Origin: a virus
Lineage: Duplodnaviria; Caudoviricetes
Reading direction: 5' to 3' (one strand)
DNA: 64,000 bases
IMG/VR virus record: IMGVR_UViG_3300037076_000045
Span: 859-64,858 of that record
Of the stretch, positions 16,339 to 25,780 are shown in pieces. The position numbers and the translations under genes were made by a program. The notes under the pieces were generated by a model. The model saw nothing but the letters and a program-made list of their open reading frames with translations, did no database searches and was not told where the DNA came from. Within the stretch, counting starts at the first letter, position 1. Each line of letters begins with the position of its first letter.

Positions 16339-16911
16339 TCACGATTGCACCGGACATCCAAGACAATATACCTGTGACGGTTTACTAAGCTCCGTGCGAA
16401 GGCGCATCAAGAGCATACCGAGAAAATTGGTCTTTTCTTTTTTGGTACAATCATGACACCGGCAAGCTCCCCAATCATTATCGTGCCATGAATTGCCTTC
16501 GATCAATTCCGCCTCGCCGGTCTTCAAGAGTCTTTGACGAAGATCCCAATTTTGAGTGAACTTCGCTTTGAGAATGTCGTACATGACATCCAGCCGGGTC
16601 GCTTCCCAATCGTCCCGTTTCGTCACAACTTTGCCAGCAGATTTTGCTTGTCCTGGCGTTGTGGGCATCTCGTAGCCCGATTCCATGACATAAATCAGGA
16701 TCGTCTTCTGTTCGGCTGGATCGCTAGTCTTGGCCCATTGGTAAGCGTGCTCCGATGTGGAGAATTTTTGACCCCTCCAAGTAACCGGAGCGACATAGAA
16801 ATTGCTTAGGAAGTCGTATTCATTGCGGAAGGCTTCGATGATTACTTCACCAAATGAATTGGTTCGTTCTACCGGAAGACTCGTTTGAAGATGTGGTTGC
16901 GGCGACTGCAT
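16339..16911 (-). CDS. NADAR (YbiA-like) protein
   Basis: FLSNFY, SEHAYQ.AK, KFTQN..L...LL.TG..ELIEG...D..WG and N.LG..LM..R. Confidence 0.93.
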   Translation of the reverse strand: MQSPQPHLQTSLPVERTNSFGEVIIEAFRNEYDFLSNFYVAPVTWRGQKFSTSEHAYQWAKTSDPAEQKTILIYVMESGYEMPTTPGQAKSAGKVVTKRDDWEATRLDVMYDILKAKFTQNWDLRQRLLKTGEAELIEGNSWHDNDWGACRCHDCTKKEKTNFLGMLLMRLRTELSKPSQVYCLGCPVQS

Positions 16912-16945
16912 GAGATCAGTTTACCACACAGTCGCCATTCGTCAA

Positions 16946-17500
16946 CTACTGGAAGCCTTCGCCGTAATGATCGGTGTCGCAATCGCCCCGCCCGCAAAGA
17001 TCACACTTCCAATTTTGATGTTGTTTTTCTGCCTGTTCTTGAAGTGTCTTGTAATAGGTGAATTCCTTGCGTCCGTAGATTTCGACCAATTCCAGACCAC
17101 TCTTCGGCACAAAGATGTAGCCCATCAGTTCCATGCTGGTGTGCCCGTCGTCGCCGTAATTCTCATAGTGCTCGACCATGAAAATTTCTTCACCAAGATC
17201 CCAAATTCCGAAACCATGGCCGTGCTCATCGAACGTTCCCCACTTCGGGTGTTTGACCGCAACTTCATGGATTTCGGTACGGGTGATAATAAACGGACTG
17301 TATCCTTCCCGTAAGTTCTTATTGAGTGCCCATAGGTCGGTCGGGTAAATGCGTCCTTGCCGTGGCGCAAAGAAGCCGGGTTCGTGCGCAACAAATTCGG
17401 TGGCGAGATTGAATGTGGTGTACCGATTCATCAGGTACGGCAACCAAGATGGATCAAAGTACTGAGCTTTGTACTGCTCGTAAATGTTGGGTCGTTTCAT
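16946..17500 (-). CDS. Hypothetical protein with C-terminal zinc knuckle
   Basis: Long ORF; CDLCGRGDC; start uncertain. Confidence 0.6.
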   Translation of the reverse strand: MKRPNIYEQYKAQYFDPSWLPYLMNRYTTFNLATEFVAHEPGFFAPRQGRIYPTDLWALNKNLREGYSPFIITRTEIHEVAVKHPKWGTFDEHGHGFGIWDLGEEIFMVEHYENYGDDGHTSMELMGYIFVPKSGLELVEIYGRKEFTYYKTLQEQAEKQHQNWKCDLCGRGDCDTDHYGEGFQ

Positions 17501-17696
17501 TGAGCTTTTTTCCACACTTTTCGCAATACGTAGCCGTGCCGCTACAATATTGTCCACAGGATGAGCATACCTGTTTCACTTCATGTTTCAAAGGTCTTCG
17601 TAAGTAAGCGAGTTCTTCAGAAGACAAAATAGAAGGCCCCAAAACATTCGCATTACTATTTGTGTAAAATTGTGACTCCATCGTTTCCTTCTCCAA
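17454..17696 (-). CDS. Zinc-ribbon protein
   Basis: CSSCG...YCEKCGKKL. Confidence 0.55.
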   Translation of the reverse strand: MEKETMESQFYTNSNANVLGPSILSSEELAYLRRPLKHEVKQVCSSCGQYCSGTATYCEKCGKKLNETTQHLRAVQSSVL

Positions 17697-17868
17697 AATT
17701 TAACCACCAGCATTCGGATGCGTTCGGCAACGTTTGTTTCTCCATCAGTGAGTCGATCATGTCGGCCTTGGTATCGTCGTTGTAGACGTAAACACCGTTG
17801 CTCTGACATAAGTCTAGCACAGCGTCAGCCGACATGCTACGAAGCTCGGTGATGGTGTACTTACGCAT
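17656..17868 (-). CDS. Small helical protein (Rho N-terminal-like)
   Basis: ELRSMS...LC...GV......KADMIDSL. Confidence 0.5.
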   Translation of the reverse strand: MRKYTITELRSMSADAVLDLCQSNGVYVYNDDTKADMIDSLMEKQTLPNASECWWLNFGEGNDGVTILHK

Positions 17869-18023
17869 TCTCTTGTTCTAACTGCGCCAGCCAAATCAGC
17901 CGGTCAATGGCAGCTTTTTGCTCTGCTTCTTTCTGGAGTGCCTTTGCTGCCATCTTTGAAGCTAGTGAGTTAGTATCTTGACCTACTGGCCCATTAAGAC
18001 TTCCCCACGCCAGAGGGTGCTTG

Positions 18024-18317
18024 TTAGACGATGTAACAGGCATGGTGTCCTTTCGCAGACTTGCGTGGCTTCGGAGATAGCAGCCGCACCTTGATGTCAC
18101 CGGAAATGCCGTAGATGACTCCAGGAGGGTTCACCACGTTGGCGTCGAATTTGATGTCGTACTTGATCCGGCGCACGAACTTGCACTGCCAACCAATGAA
18201 GTCGGATTCGTCCCGGCGTATCTTGTCGGTCAAGCGTGCCGGTCCAAACCAGTCAGACGGAATGAAGCTGAACCGTTGTCCAACACGTAGCTGAGATAGC
18301 TTGATGACCTTGCTCAT
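18024..18317 (-). CDS. Hypothetical protein
   Basis: 97 aa ORF in a run. Confidence 0.55.
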   Translation of the reverse strand: MSKVIKLSQLRVGQRFSFIPSDWFGPARLTDKIRRDESDFIGWQCKFVRRIKYDIKFDANVVNPPGVIYGISGDIKVRLLSPKPRKSAKGHHACYIV

Positions 18318-18386
18318 TTTATCTTCCGATTGCCAATTTTGCTTCGTCTTTGATGTCGTTTAAGAGCGTGCCTACCCCCCGTTGCT

Positions 18387-18554
18387 TCAACTGGACGCAA
18401 AAGGAAGCGGGATTTCCGCTACGAAACGGTAACGGGTTCCGGTCTTCATCGAAACCAGCGTGAAGATGGCTTTGCCCGCCAGCATGAAGTTCTTGGCCGC
18501 TTCCGGCGTCTTGATCTGCGCTGCTGCGTGAACTGTGCTTTCTTCGTGTTCCAT
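18387..18554 (-). pseudogene. Truncated early gene
   Basis: Leaderless ATG after promoter 18561-18590; FMLAGKAIFTLVS.KTGTR.. then stops at 55 aa. Confidence 0.45.
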
Positions 18555-18560
18555 GATTGA

Positions 18561-18602
18561 AAGATAGCACACTCTCGCTCGGAATGTCAATAGATGTATC
18601 AA
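18561..18602 (-). promoter_or_regulatory. Early promoter with operator
   Basis: TTGATACATCTA-TTGACA-18-TATCTT. Confidence 0.75.
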
Positions 18603-18679
18603 CTTTTTCGGCTTTTTCTGCCTCAAGTCGATCCAAAATTTGCAAGATTTCTTCAGTGAATACCGTTGGGGTCATGTTT

Positions 18680-19063
18680 TCAATAGTTTGGCGGAATTCC
18701 TCGATGGACACCGTGTTCGGCAAAGTAGGCGGCTTCCTGTGCCTCTCCTAATGCCACGTCATTGGCGCTCAGAAGCCCTCCAAGCGCATCTTCGCCCACA
18801 AGGGAGTAATGACCCGCCCCGTGCATTTCAAGCTCGTAGGCGGCTTCTAAATCGAAATAGTGTGGTGTACCGGCGACATCGAACATCCAGGCCGTTCCGC
18901 CAGCTTCGCCGGGAACCTCAATCCACCCGTTGTCGATCAAGTAGCTCTTCTTTGCGCTCGTTTGCAGGAATTGAATACCCGCAATTTCCTGGTCACTGAG
19001 CTTGCAAGATTTTGCTTCTTTGATGACAAGATCGGTCAATTTGATAGCTTCGGAGAGAGTCAT
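18680..19063 (-). CDS. Hypothetical protein
   Basis: Coupled ORF. Confidence 0.6.
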   Translation of the reverse strand: MTLSEAIKLTDLVIKEAKSCKLSDQEIAGIQFLQTSAKKSYLIDNGWIEVPGEAGGTAWMFDVAGTPHYFDLEAAYELEMHGAGHYSLVGEDALGGLLSANDVALGEAQEAAYFAEHGVHRGIPPNY

Positions 19064-19485
19064 TTGGCACCATACTTTTCGTGGAGTTTTGTGTAAAGCT
19101 CCCGCTCGTGCTCTTCTTGCATCTGTTGGCGTTGCAATTCGGCTTCGTTTGCCAGCCGCTCACGTTCTTCCCGTTCGGCTTTCAGGTGTGCTTCCCAGGA
19201 GACCGTTTCCAGCGCCATGTAATCCGCAGTCCAGAGATAAGACAGAGGGAAAGTCACATCTTCGTAGTCGGTGTCGCCCCGGTAGTATTCACTGTAGTGC
19301 GCTGTGATAGTTTCGCCATCAACATCAAAATCAAAATCACTGTAACAGCCGTTATTTGGATTGACAAACAGACCTCGAAAAGTTGCGATTTCACGAGAGA
19401 TTGCAATGATGCAACTTTCCATCCATTCGTGATTCTTAGCGTGTTGTCGGATTTCCGGTTCGGTCATACGTTGTGGTTCGCCCAT
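19060..19485 (-). CDS. Hypothetical protein with coiled-coil C-terminus
   Basis: 141 aa. Confidence 0.65.
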   Translation of the reverse strand: MGEPQRMTEPEIRQHAKNHEWMESCIIAISREIATFRGLFVNPNNGCYSDFDFDVDGETITAHYSEYYRGDTDYEDVTFPLSYLWTADYMALETVSWEAHLKAEREERERLANEAELQRQQMQEEHERELYTKLHEKYGAK

Positions 19486-19817
19486 ATGAAATGTCTCACA
19501 TACTCCAAAGTCTCGTCCAGTGTGAGTAGAAGGATGTCTTCAAAGTTAGGAAGAGATCGTCCTTGAAGAAGGTCACTTACCCACCATATCTTTTCGGATC
19601 TGTCGGCGCTGTCATCTGCAAAGCCAGCTACCAGCCCGGAATTGAAACACCGAAGTTCGATAGTGCGTGTTTTGTTGAAGCCGTCTTCCCAAAAGATTGA
19701 GGAATAGTCGGCTGAGACCGTGGTTCTGTTATGTTCCAGGTCATGTTTTTTCATGCACTCAAATACGGCGTTCATGTTTCGTTCCGCAATGGGTGCCTGA
19801 GTGAAATGTGGTCGCAT
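19464..19817 (-). CDS. Hypothetical protein
   Basis: 117 aa. Confidence 0.6.
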   Translation of the reverse strand: MRPHFTQAPIAERNMNAVFECMKKHDLEHNRTTVSADYSSIFWEDGFNKTRTIELRCFNSGLVAGFADDSADRSEKIWWVSDLLQGRSLPNFEDILLLTLDETLEYVRHFIWANHNV

Positions 19818-20017
19818 GTTATGTCCAGAAAGTAGTGTCGGGAACTTCTTGCTTGCCGGTGATCGGATTGATGCGGACTACAACCGCATCGCACTTCTCA
19901 CACGTTCCCATTGTAACACCGTCGCCACGGGACATGAAAACCTTCAGTCCACAACACGGCGACAACTTTACTGGTTCTTCGGCTTCGGTCCAGCCTACTT
20001 TGGACCACGGATTTGCT

Positions 20018-20620
20018 TTACTCATCTTCTTCTCCTGCGCCAGCGGTCTTCGATTTTTCCAGCATGGCGAGAATGTCTTCACTCATTTTCGCACGGGCGT
20101 CGTGCATTTCCTTCGCTACTTCAACTTCCAGCGGATCGTCGGGATTGTACGGCGTCGGATTGGTGATGCTGGCGTACTTGTCCGTTTTCTTTTGCTCTTC
20201 GATGCGATCCAGGATGCGGACTTGGGCGGCTACCTTCGGGTCGCTCTTCGCCTTCTCACGCAAATCGGCCAAGTATTCCCGGTGCTCGGCTTCCCATTTC
20301 TCGTGTTGGAAGTAGCGGTTCATTTCTTCACGAATCTTTTTCAACGCAATGCGACGGCCCTGTTCGACGCAGATCTGAGCCATGCAGCAAAGGATGACTT
20401 CGATGGCATCCCGGCCTTGATCGTCCTTGTCGTATGCCAGTGACTCCGCAGTGAAGCGCTCTTCCGGCCCGATGCTGCACACACGCTCATCGTGACCAAG
20501 CGGAAGACCACGGTACGGAATGTCTTTCTTCTCATTCTTGCGGCGCATCGAATACGCAAACCGCAGAGCTTTCTTAAACGGGTCCATCAACAGATCGAAA
20601 GACGCTGGCTGATCGTCCAT
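20018..20620 (-). CDS. Hypothetical protein
   Basis: 200 aa, charged. Confidence 0.65.
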   Translation of the reverse strand: MDDQPASFDLLMDPFKKALRFAYSMRRKNEKKDIPYRGLPLGHDERVCSIGPEERFTAESLAYDKDDQGRDAIEVILCCMAQICVEQGRRIALKKIREEMNRYFQHEKWEAEHREYLADLREKAKSDPKVAAQVRILDRIEEQKKTDKYASITNPTPYNPDDPLEVEVAKEMHDARAKMSEDILAMLEKSKTAGAGEEDE

Positions 20621-21354
20621 CGGCCACGGTGTGATGCCATTTTTTCAAACGGGCGATTGGCGTCGAACGTGGGAACCGGATTGATCTCGAATTTGTGATT
20701 CGGGAACTGTGCCGTCATCTTCTCCAGGGCGACAGCGGCGATGTTGTAGATGCGCTGGCGTTCTTCGATTACGTGCTTTCGTGCCTTATCCAGCGCAACT
20801 TCAGGAGAGTTCTTCTTCCGGCCAACCACCTTGTAGCCTCGGTCATCGAAGACTGGCACGTCAAGAAATTGACCGGCAGTGTAAGCCACTGTCTTTTCCA
20901 GGTCAACATCCAACGGAGTGTTCACAACAAGCGTAGCGCACTCGTAAGCAGCATTCAGCCAGTCGGTAGGAGTGTTGTCGGGTAAATTGGTGAGGGAGTT
21001 GTACTCCATCGTCATCGGATACCAGTGCGTGTATTCAGTACTCGCCAAGCGCTCTTCGATGTCGGCTGGAATTTTGTTGCCCGTACAAAGAATACGGCGC
21101 TCGAAAAGCTCTTCAGGAATGCAGTCAGTGTCTTCGGCTGCTTTCTTGTGATTTCCGGCACCGATGTACCGTTCGAGGGCGATCAATTCATTGAGCTTGC
21201 CATCATCGTCACCACGTGACTGACGTTCACCATCATCGCCCCACGAGTAGCCGCTACCGTTGACACAGAAAAGCTGGTTCAGGACGGCGGCTCGGCTTTT
21301 GTATAGCGTGGGAAAGGTTGCGATGCTGTACTTGAGCGTATCTGCGTAGTTCAT
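20587..21354 (-). CDS. Hypothetical early protein (leaderless)
   Basis: TFPTLY..R..VLNQLFCVNGSGYSW; ATG 6 nt after TAGGAT. Confidence 0.75.
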   Translation of the reverse strand: MNYADTLKYSIATFPTLYKSRAAVLNQLFCVNGSGYSWGDDGERQSRGDDDGKLNELIALERYIGAGNHKKAAEDTDCIPEELFERRILCTGNKIPADIEERLASTEYTHWYPMTMEYNSLTNLPDNTPTDWLNAAYECATLVVNTPLDVDLEKTVAYTAGQFLDVPVFDDRGYKVVGRKKNSPEVALDKARKHVIEERQRIYNIAAVALEKMTAQFPNHKFEINPVPTFDANRPFEKMASHRGRWTISQRLSIC

Positions 21355-21360
21355 ATTCAG

Positions 21361-21401
21361 ATCCTAGCACATCGGGCGGCGAATGTCAACAGGTACATCT
21401 A
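21361..21401 (-). promoter_or_regulatory. Early promoter with operator
   Basis: TAGATGTACCTG-TTGACA-17-TAGGAT. Confidence 0.8.
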
Positions 21402-21674
21402 TTGACCTTGGAAATGATGGTTGATGTTGTTCCAAACCCCACCTGGAATGTCGTCCGTGAAAGTGACGTTGCACGTCCAGCACAGATCCCCGGCGCTGGT
21501 AGCAATTTGGAAGTTGACGCTACCACGAAACTTGGCAACCGCAAACGCTTGGGCAATGCGGTTCATTTCGTTGAGCAGTGCCATATCCGTGTCCGCAGCC
21601 GATGCCGTTGAAAGCGGTACATATGCGCCATCGGCCCCGGCCACGGACATTGAGTAGCTTACAGGCTTAGTCAT
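21399..21674 (-). CDS. Hypothetical protein
   Basis: Coupled to the upstream gene. Confidence 0.6.
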   Translation of the reverse strand: MTKPVSYSMSVAGADGAYVPLSTASAADTDMALLNEMNRIAQAFAVAKFRGSVNFQIATSAGDLCWTCNVTFTDDIPGGVWNNINHHFQGQ

Positions 21675-22362
21675 CGACCTTTACACCGAAGAGCGCCAGG
21701 AGACGAATGAAGATGTTGGCAACGTCGAGGAACACGCTGACACCACAGTCCATCGCATTGTCAATCGTCTTCGGCAACTCTTGCGCTCGGTTGAAATCGA
21801 AGATGACCCATGCTGAAAAGAGAATGATGCCCACCCAATCCAGGAGTCGCAACACGCCGGTTAACGGCAGTCCCATTGCGGCATAGATGATCGGAATGAA
21901 GATCTGCATGAGGATCAACACGATGAGCAGGACTAAAAGCGACAGGCCCCAACTCTTCAAACTGGTCGGCCATAACCAGCCGATTGCGCCAAGCACCACC
22001 GTGATAAACACCGTCGCCCCGGCGATCTCCGCTACAGATGCAACCTTGAAATGCCCGATGAACGGCCCACATATAGCGCCAAGTCCACCGGCAATCATAG
22101 TCAGGCCGAATATCTTGATCGGCGGGAAGTCAGTGGTGGAAACATAGCAGCCGATCAACGAAATGCAGAAGATGCCAAGGGTTTCCCACAAGCCCATCTT
22201 CGAGTGAATGAACAGCGCTGCGAAGACGCCGTATACCACCATTCCGAATGTCGTGGTAAGGGCGAAAATGAGGTTGAAGAGACCTTCAGGAATGTCATCG
22301 TAAGTGGTGATTCCACGACGGCTTCTTTGGTCCCATACTTTGCTTTTTGGCAGAAGTGCCAT
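21667..22362 (-). CDS. Bax inhibitor-1/YccA family membrane protein
   Basis: Seven hydrophobic helices; IFDFNRA...NA.D..V..FLD..NIF.RLL. Confidence 0.9.
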   Translation of the reverse strand: MALLPKSKVWDQRSRRGITTYDDIPEGLFNLIFALTTTFGMVVYGVFAALFIHSKMGLWETLGIFCISLIGCYVSTTDFPPIKIFGLTMIAGGLGAICGPFIGHFKVASVAEIAGATVFITVVLGAIGWLWPTSLKSWGLSLLVLLIVLILMQIFIPIIYAAMGLPLTGVLRLLDWVGIILFSAWVIFDFNRAQELPKTIDNAMDCGVSVFLDVANIFIRLLALFGVKVDD

Positions 22363-22383
22363 ACGTTTGATTTGCTCCTGTTG

Positions 22384-22812
22384 TTAGTTAGACGTAGTGT
22401 CTACGATTGTCTCGCCCGGAAAATCCTGAAAACGATCCTGCATCTGTTGCACCTTGTCAGCCGGAACGCCGTGTAAGTTACGTGCGGCGGCAATCTTCGG
22501 GTCCACTGTCAGGCGAACCACCTTGACCTCGCAGCCGAATCGAGCAGCCGTTTTCAGGTAGTTCTTCATTTCCCACAGCTTTGTGTTGGTGTTGTCCACG
22601 ACAATGGTCTCGTCGCCACGCTTCAGCGCTTGGCCGAATTGATCGCCGCACCATGCGTGAGCATTGCCCAACTTGGTCGGATCGAATTTGTACACACCGT
22701 CCTTGATGAAGAACTTGTCGGCGCTGCACACGGTAGCGTTCGGAAAATTAGCCTCGGTGTAGGTGCTCTTTCCGGCCCCGGAGATTCCACGAAGAATGAT
22801 GACTGTGCTCAT
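22384..22812 (-). CDS. AAA_33 / polynucleotide-kinase-like P-loop protein
   Basis: RGISGAGKST, CSAD.FF, VVDNTN and RN.HGVP. Confidence 0.9.
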   Translation of the reverse strand: MSTVIILRGISGAGKSTYTEANFPNATVCSADKFFIKDGVYKFDPTKLGNAHAWCGDQFGQALKRGDETIVVDNTNTKLWEMKNYLKTAARFGCEVKVVRLTVDPKIAAARNLHGVPADKVQQMQDRFQDFPGETIVDTTSN

Positions 22813-23024
22813 ATTTTTGCAACTTTACGAATGCCGTCGTAAACCTTGCCGCCAATTTCCTTGGCGGTCCAGTCGGTGTTGAATCCATCACGAGCCTTCG
22901 GCGGATTCACAACACCCTGCAAGAGAATTGCGGCAAGGCCCTTGGCTTCTTCCATCGTAAGCTGGATGGTCACACCTTTGATCTCTGCGCCAAATGCGGT
23001 TTCGGTACTTTCCTTTACGATCAT
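22809..23024 (-). CDS. Hypothetical early protein (leaderless)
   Basis: TTGACA-18-TATGCT-6-ATG. Confidence 0.65.
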   Translation of the reverse strand: MIVKESTETAFGAEIKGVTIQLTMEEAKGLAAILLQGVVNPPKARDGFNTDWTAKEIGGKVYDGIRKVAKI

Positions 23025-23046
23025 GCCTCAAGCATAACACATACAT

Positions 23047-23682
23047 CTATTTTTTGTCAACGGGTGCGGCACGCCGAATTTTGCCGAATTCGTGCTGGAT
23101 GTTAACTTTAGTGCATACGTCCAGGTCGAAGGTGATTTCAATGTTTTTGCCGCCCCAAAAGTCGGCCCGATCATGAATGTGGACAAGCTCTTGGTCAGTA
23201 TCGTGTGTGAAAATCGAAATGCTAGTTTCGTCTTCATCTGCGGTGAATATCTTACCGCATTGCTTCCACAACATAGATTCGCAGCACCGAATGATACCGG
23301 GCATGTACTGGACGCCGGTAGTTTTCGAGAATAGCACTTCGTATTCCAGAACGTATGATTCTTTGGTCTGCCGTTTGCTAGTCTGAAAGACTCGACCGTG
23401 CTGCCAGACAACTAAGGGAAGTTTGTGTTTTCCTTCAGTCTTACTGTTGAGCAATTCTCGGCTGACATGATAGGCACCGGACGATGTAGTCGGGCGCAGT
23501 ACCGATGACATTCCCTTGTCATTCGGTAAGAGAATGGGGGTTTCAATTCGGACGAACCTGAAAGCAGGGTTCACCTTACTCAGTTCCATCCCAAGGTAGC
23601 GAGTGAAGTAGCGAATTAGATTTTCCCGTGTCTCTAAATGATTTTCATTTAGGTACATTAAAGACCGGAAGCCCGTAGCCAT
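23047..23682 (-). CDS. Truncated class II aminoacyl-tRNA synthetase-like protein (Gly/Pro/Thr-RS core)
   Basis: IETPILLP (motif 1), LRPTT, KLPLVVWQ.GRVF, YVLEYE. Confidence 0.65.
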   Translation of the reverse strand: MATGFRSLMYLNENHLETRENLIRYFTRYLGMELSKVNPAFRFVRIETPILLPNDKGMSSVLRPTTSSGAYHVSRELLNSKTEGKHKLPLVVWQHGRVFQTSKRQTKESYVLEYEVLFSKTTGVQYMPGIIRCCESMLWKQCGKIFTADEDETSISIFTHDTDQELVHIHDRADFWGGKNIEITFDLDVCTKVNIQHEFGKIRRAAPVDKK

Positions 23683-23834
23683 ATATCAATCCCACCAGCC
23701 AGGATCAATGCTGCGACGATGACAAGCACCCATTGTTTGCCTGTCAGGATGTATTTGTTAAGGTCGCCGCTGGTGTCTTTCTTGTTGCTCCCGACTGTTG
23801 CTGCTAGTTCTGTGAATTCTGTTCCGAAGTTCAT
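23658..23834 (-). CDS. Small single-TM protein (58 aa, not in the ORF track)
   Basis: MNFGTEF...QWVLVIVAALILAGG. Confidence 0.55.
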   Translation of the reverse strand: MNFGTEFTELAATVGSNKKDTSGDLNKYILTGKQWVLVIVAALILAGGIDIWLRASGL

Positions 23835-23835
23835 G

Positions 23836-24090
23836 TTAGTGTCCTGTCCAAACGATTACAAAATTGATTCCGACGATTAGGATTATAACACTGAGTGCGA
23901 TGACAATCACCTTCATAGTGCAACGGTACCGTACTAGTTCCCATCTAGTTAATGGACGGAAATAGACGTGGATGCCGCCAACGATCCTGTCAACGACAAG
24001 AACCTGTCCATCAATGTCAACATAAGATCCGACAACAAGCCGTTCGGCGTCCATTACAGCCACACTTCCAAGATCTGCAAATTGTTCCAT
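23836..24090 (-). CDS. Small membrane protein
   Basis: C-terminal TM helix. Confidence 0.55.
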   Translation of the reverse strand: MEQFADLGSVAVMDAERLVVGSYVDIDGQVLVVDRIVGGIHVYFRPLTRWELVRYRCTMKVIVIALSVIILIVGINFVIVWTGH

Positions 24091-24653
24091 CAGAGTATCA
24101 CCGATCTGTTTTCTGAGTAAGTGATGCGTTCGTACTTCAACATCCCTTGCGTAATCTTCCGATAGCTTCCACCAGGATCTTGACGCATTACCTCGTAGAA
24201 TTCTGGAAGGTCTGCTGGTATGTAGCCTTTGGAGATGTCTTTGCGATAGGTGTAAAGAATGCCGCCGCCGCTTCCATCCTCCGTAGGAAAGTCTCCGAAG
24301 AATTCTTCGGCCACAGACTCAGGCGTAGCGCCCGGTTGCGATAGAAGCCAGCAGAACGCCACCATTGGGGATCTGTGCTTGCCAGCGGAACAGCACAAGT
24401 ACACAAGCGGGTATCCCATATCCAGGCACCAAAAGTCCAAAATTTTCTTGGTAGCGTAAAATGGAAGGTAGCCCCACGACTTTGAAATTTCATTGATCGG
24501 GAGCCACTTGAACATCGGGTGCTGCATCAGCGACCAATCAAAGTCATCTGTGACGGAGAGAATTGCTGTCGGATTGTATTTGAGGGCATCCTTTTGTGGT
24601 CCAATCTGGATGTTGAACTTTGGGATGCCCCGTGAAACTCGTATAAGGCTCAT
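24090..24653 (-). CDS. CX5R (PTP/dual-specificity) phosphatase-like protein
   Basis: VYLCCSAGKHRS; leaderless after TAAAAT. Confidence 0.75.
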   Translation of the reverse strand: MSLIRVSRGIPKFNIQIGPQKDALKYNPTAILSVTDDFDWSLMQHPMFKWLPINEISKSWGYLPFYATKKILDFWCLDMGYPLVYLCCSAGKHRSPMVAFCWLLSQPGATPESVAEEFFGDFPTEDGSGGGILYTYRKDISKGYIPADLPEFYEVMRQDPGGSYRKITQGMLKYERITYSENRSVIL

Positions 24654-24675
24654 GCCAGTATTTTAGCACACGTCT

Positions 24676-25194
24676 CTAGCTGGCGAGGCCGCACATTGCT
24701 TTGCGCTTCAAAAATTCACGCTCCCACGGTGTGTAGTTGCGTTCCTGTACAGCATCCAACAGTTCGACCGGGATGGAAAGCTGCCAGTTGATTACCGGCT
24801 GTTGCGTCATATTGAAATCGGCCTTGACCATCGCCTTGCCAACCGCAGTCGCAACGTCATCGTACATGCGATCTGGTAGGATGATGACGACACTGGTAGG
24901 CGAACTGTTCAGACCCGGCTCCTGGAACATCGTGAACGGGTACGTCTTCTGCCCCGCCATGAACTTGTACAGGTCGAACAGATCTTCACTGCCGCCAGAC
25001 TTCAGGATGATCCACGTCTTGTGCTTGGCCGAAAATTCCCGGAGCATGGCGAATTTGGCTTGCGCCACTTTTGTCAGCTTGCCCTTGTATTCGGTGAAGA
25101 TCGACCACAGATTGTCCAAAGCGTGACCGGCCTGGATTCCGTTGTGGATTCCATTCAGGTACATGTTGTTGAAAAAATAAGCCCGAAAATTCAT
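24676..25194 (-). CDS. Pth2-like peptidyl-tRNA hydrolase
   Basis: GIQAGHA, KTWIILK.G and F.EPGLN...T.V. Confidence 0.65.
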   Translation of the reverse strand: MNFRAYFFNNMYLNGIHNGIQAGHALDNLWSIFTEYKGKLTKVAQAKFAMLREFSAKHKTWIILKSGGSEDLFDLYKFMAGQKTYPFTMFQEPGLNSSPTSVVIILPDRMYDDVATAVGKAMVKADFNMTQQPVINWQLSIPVELLDAVQERNYTPWEREFLKRKAMCGLAS

Positions 25195-25213
25195 ATCGTC
25201 TACATAATAGCAT

Positions 25214-25780
25214 ATGGAACAAGATACTGTCAAGGTGGGGTACATCTATAAAATTACATGCCTTACGAATGGCAAAGGATATGTCGGCTGGACAAAAAAC
25301 ACACCCAACCGCCGATTCAATACGCATGTGTATCAGGCCACGCACAACAAAACGAAATATTTGCTACACAAAGCCATCCGAAAATATGGCCGGGATCAGT
25401 TCATCATCGAAGTTCTCTATTCATCTACCAATCTAATAGTATTAAAAAACTTGGAGTCGCACTATATCAAAGAGCAAAATACATTCTATCAAACTGGTTG
25501 TGGGTATAACATGACGGAAGGTGGCGATGGGACTTTGGGTTATAGATTTTCTGAAGATGCTAAACGAAGAATTGGGTTGGCACACAAAGGAAAACCAAAA
25601 TCTCCAGAACAGCGTGAAAAGATGAGTCGTGCCCGTCTTGGATGGAAACCATCGGATGAAACACGAGCCAAAATGAGTGTCGCCAAAAAGAAGAAACGAT
25701 CACCACACACATTGGAGCGACGAATTAAAATAGGTTTGGCATTGAAAAAATATTACGCTCAAAAGAGCAAGAACTACTGA
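25214..25780 (+). CDS. GIY-YIG homing endonuclease with NUMOD3 repeats
   Basis: YIY..T...NGKGYVG.T; GYNMTEGGDG; S.E.R.KMS repeats. Confidence 0.92.
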   Translation: MEQDTVKVGYIYKITCLTNGKGYVGWTKNTPNRRFNTHVYQATHNKTKYLLHKAIRKYGRDQFIIEVLYSSTNLIVLKNLESHYIKEQNTFYQTGCGYNMTEGGDGTLGYRFSEDAKRRIGLAHKGKPKSPEQREKMSRARLGWKPSDETRAKMSVAKKKKRSPHTLERRIKIGLALKKYYAQKSKNY

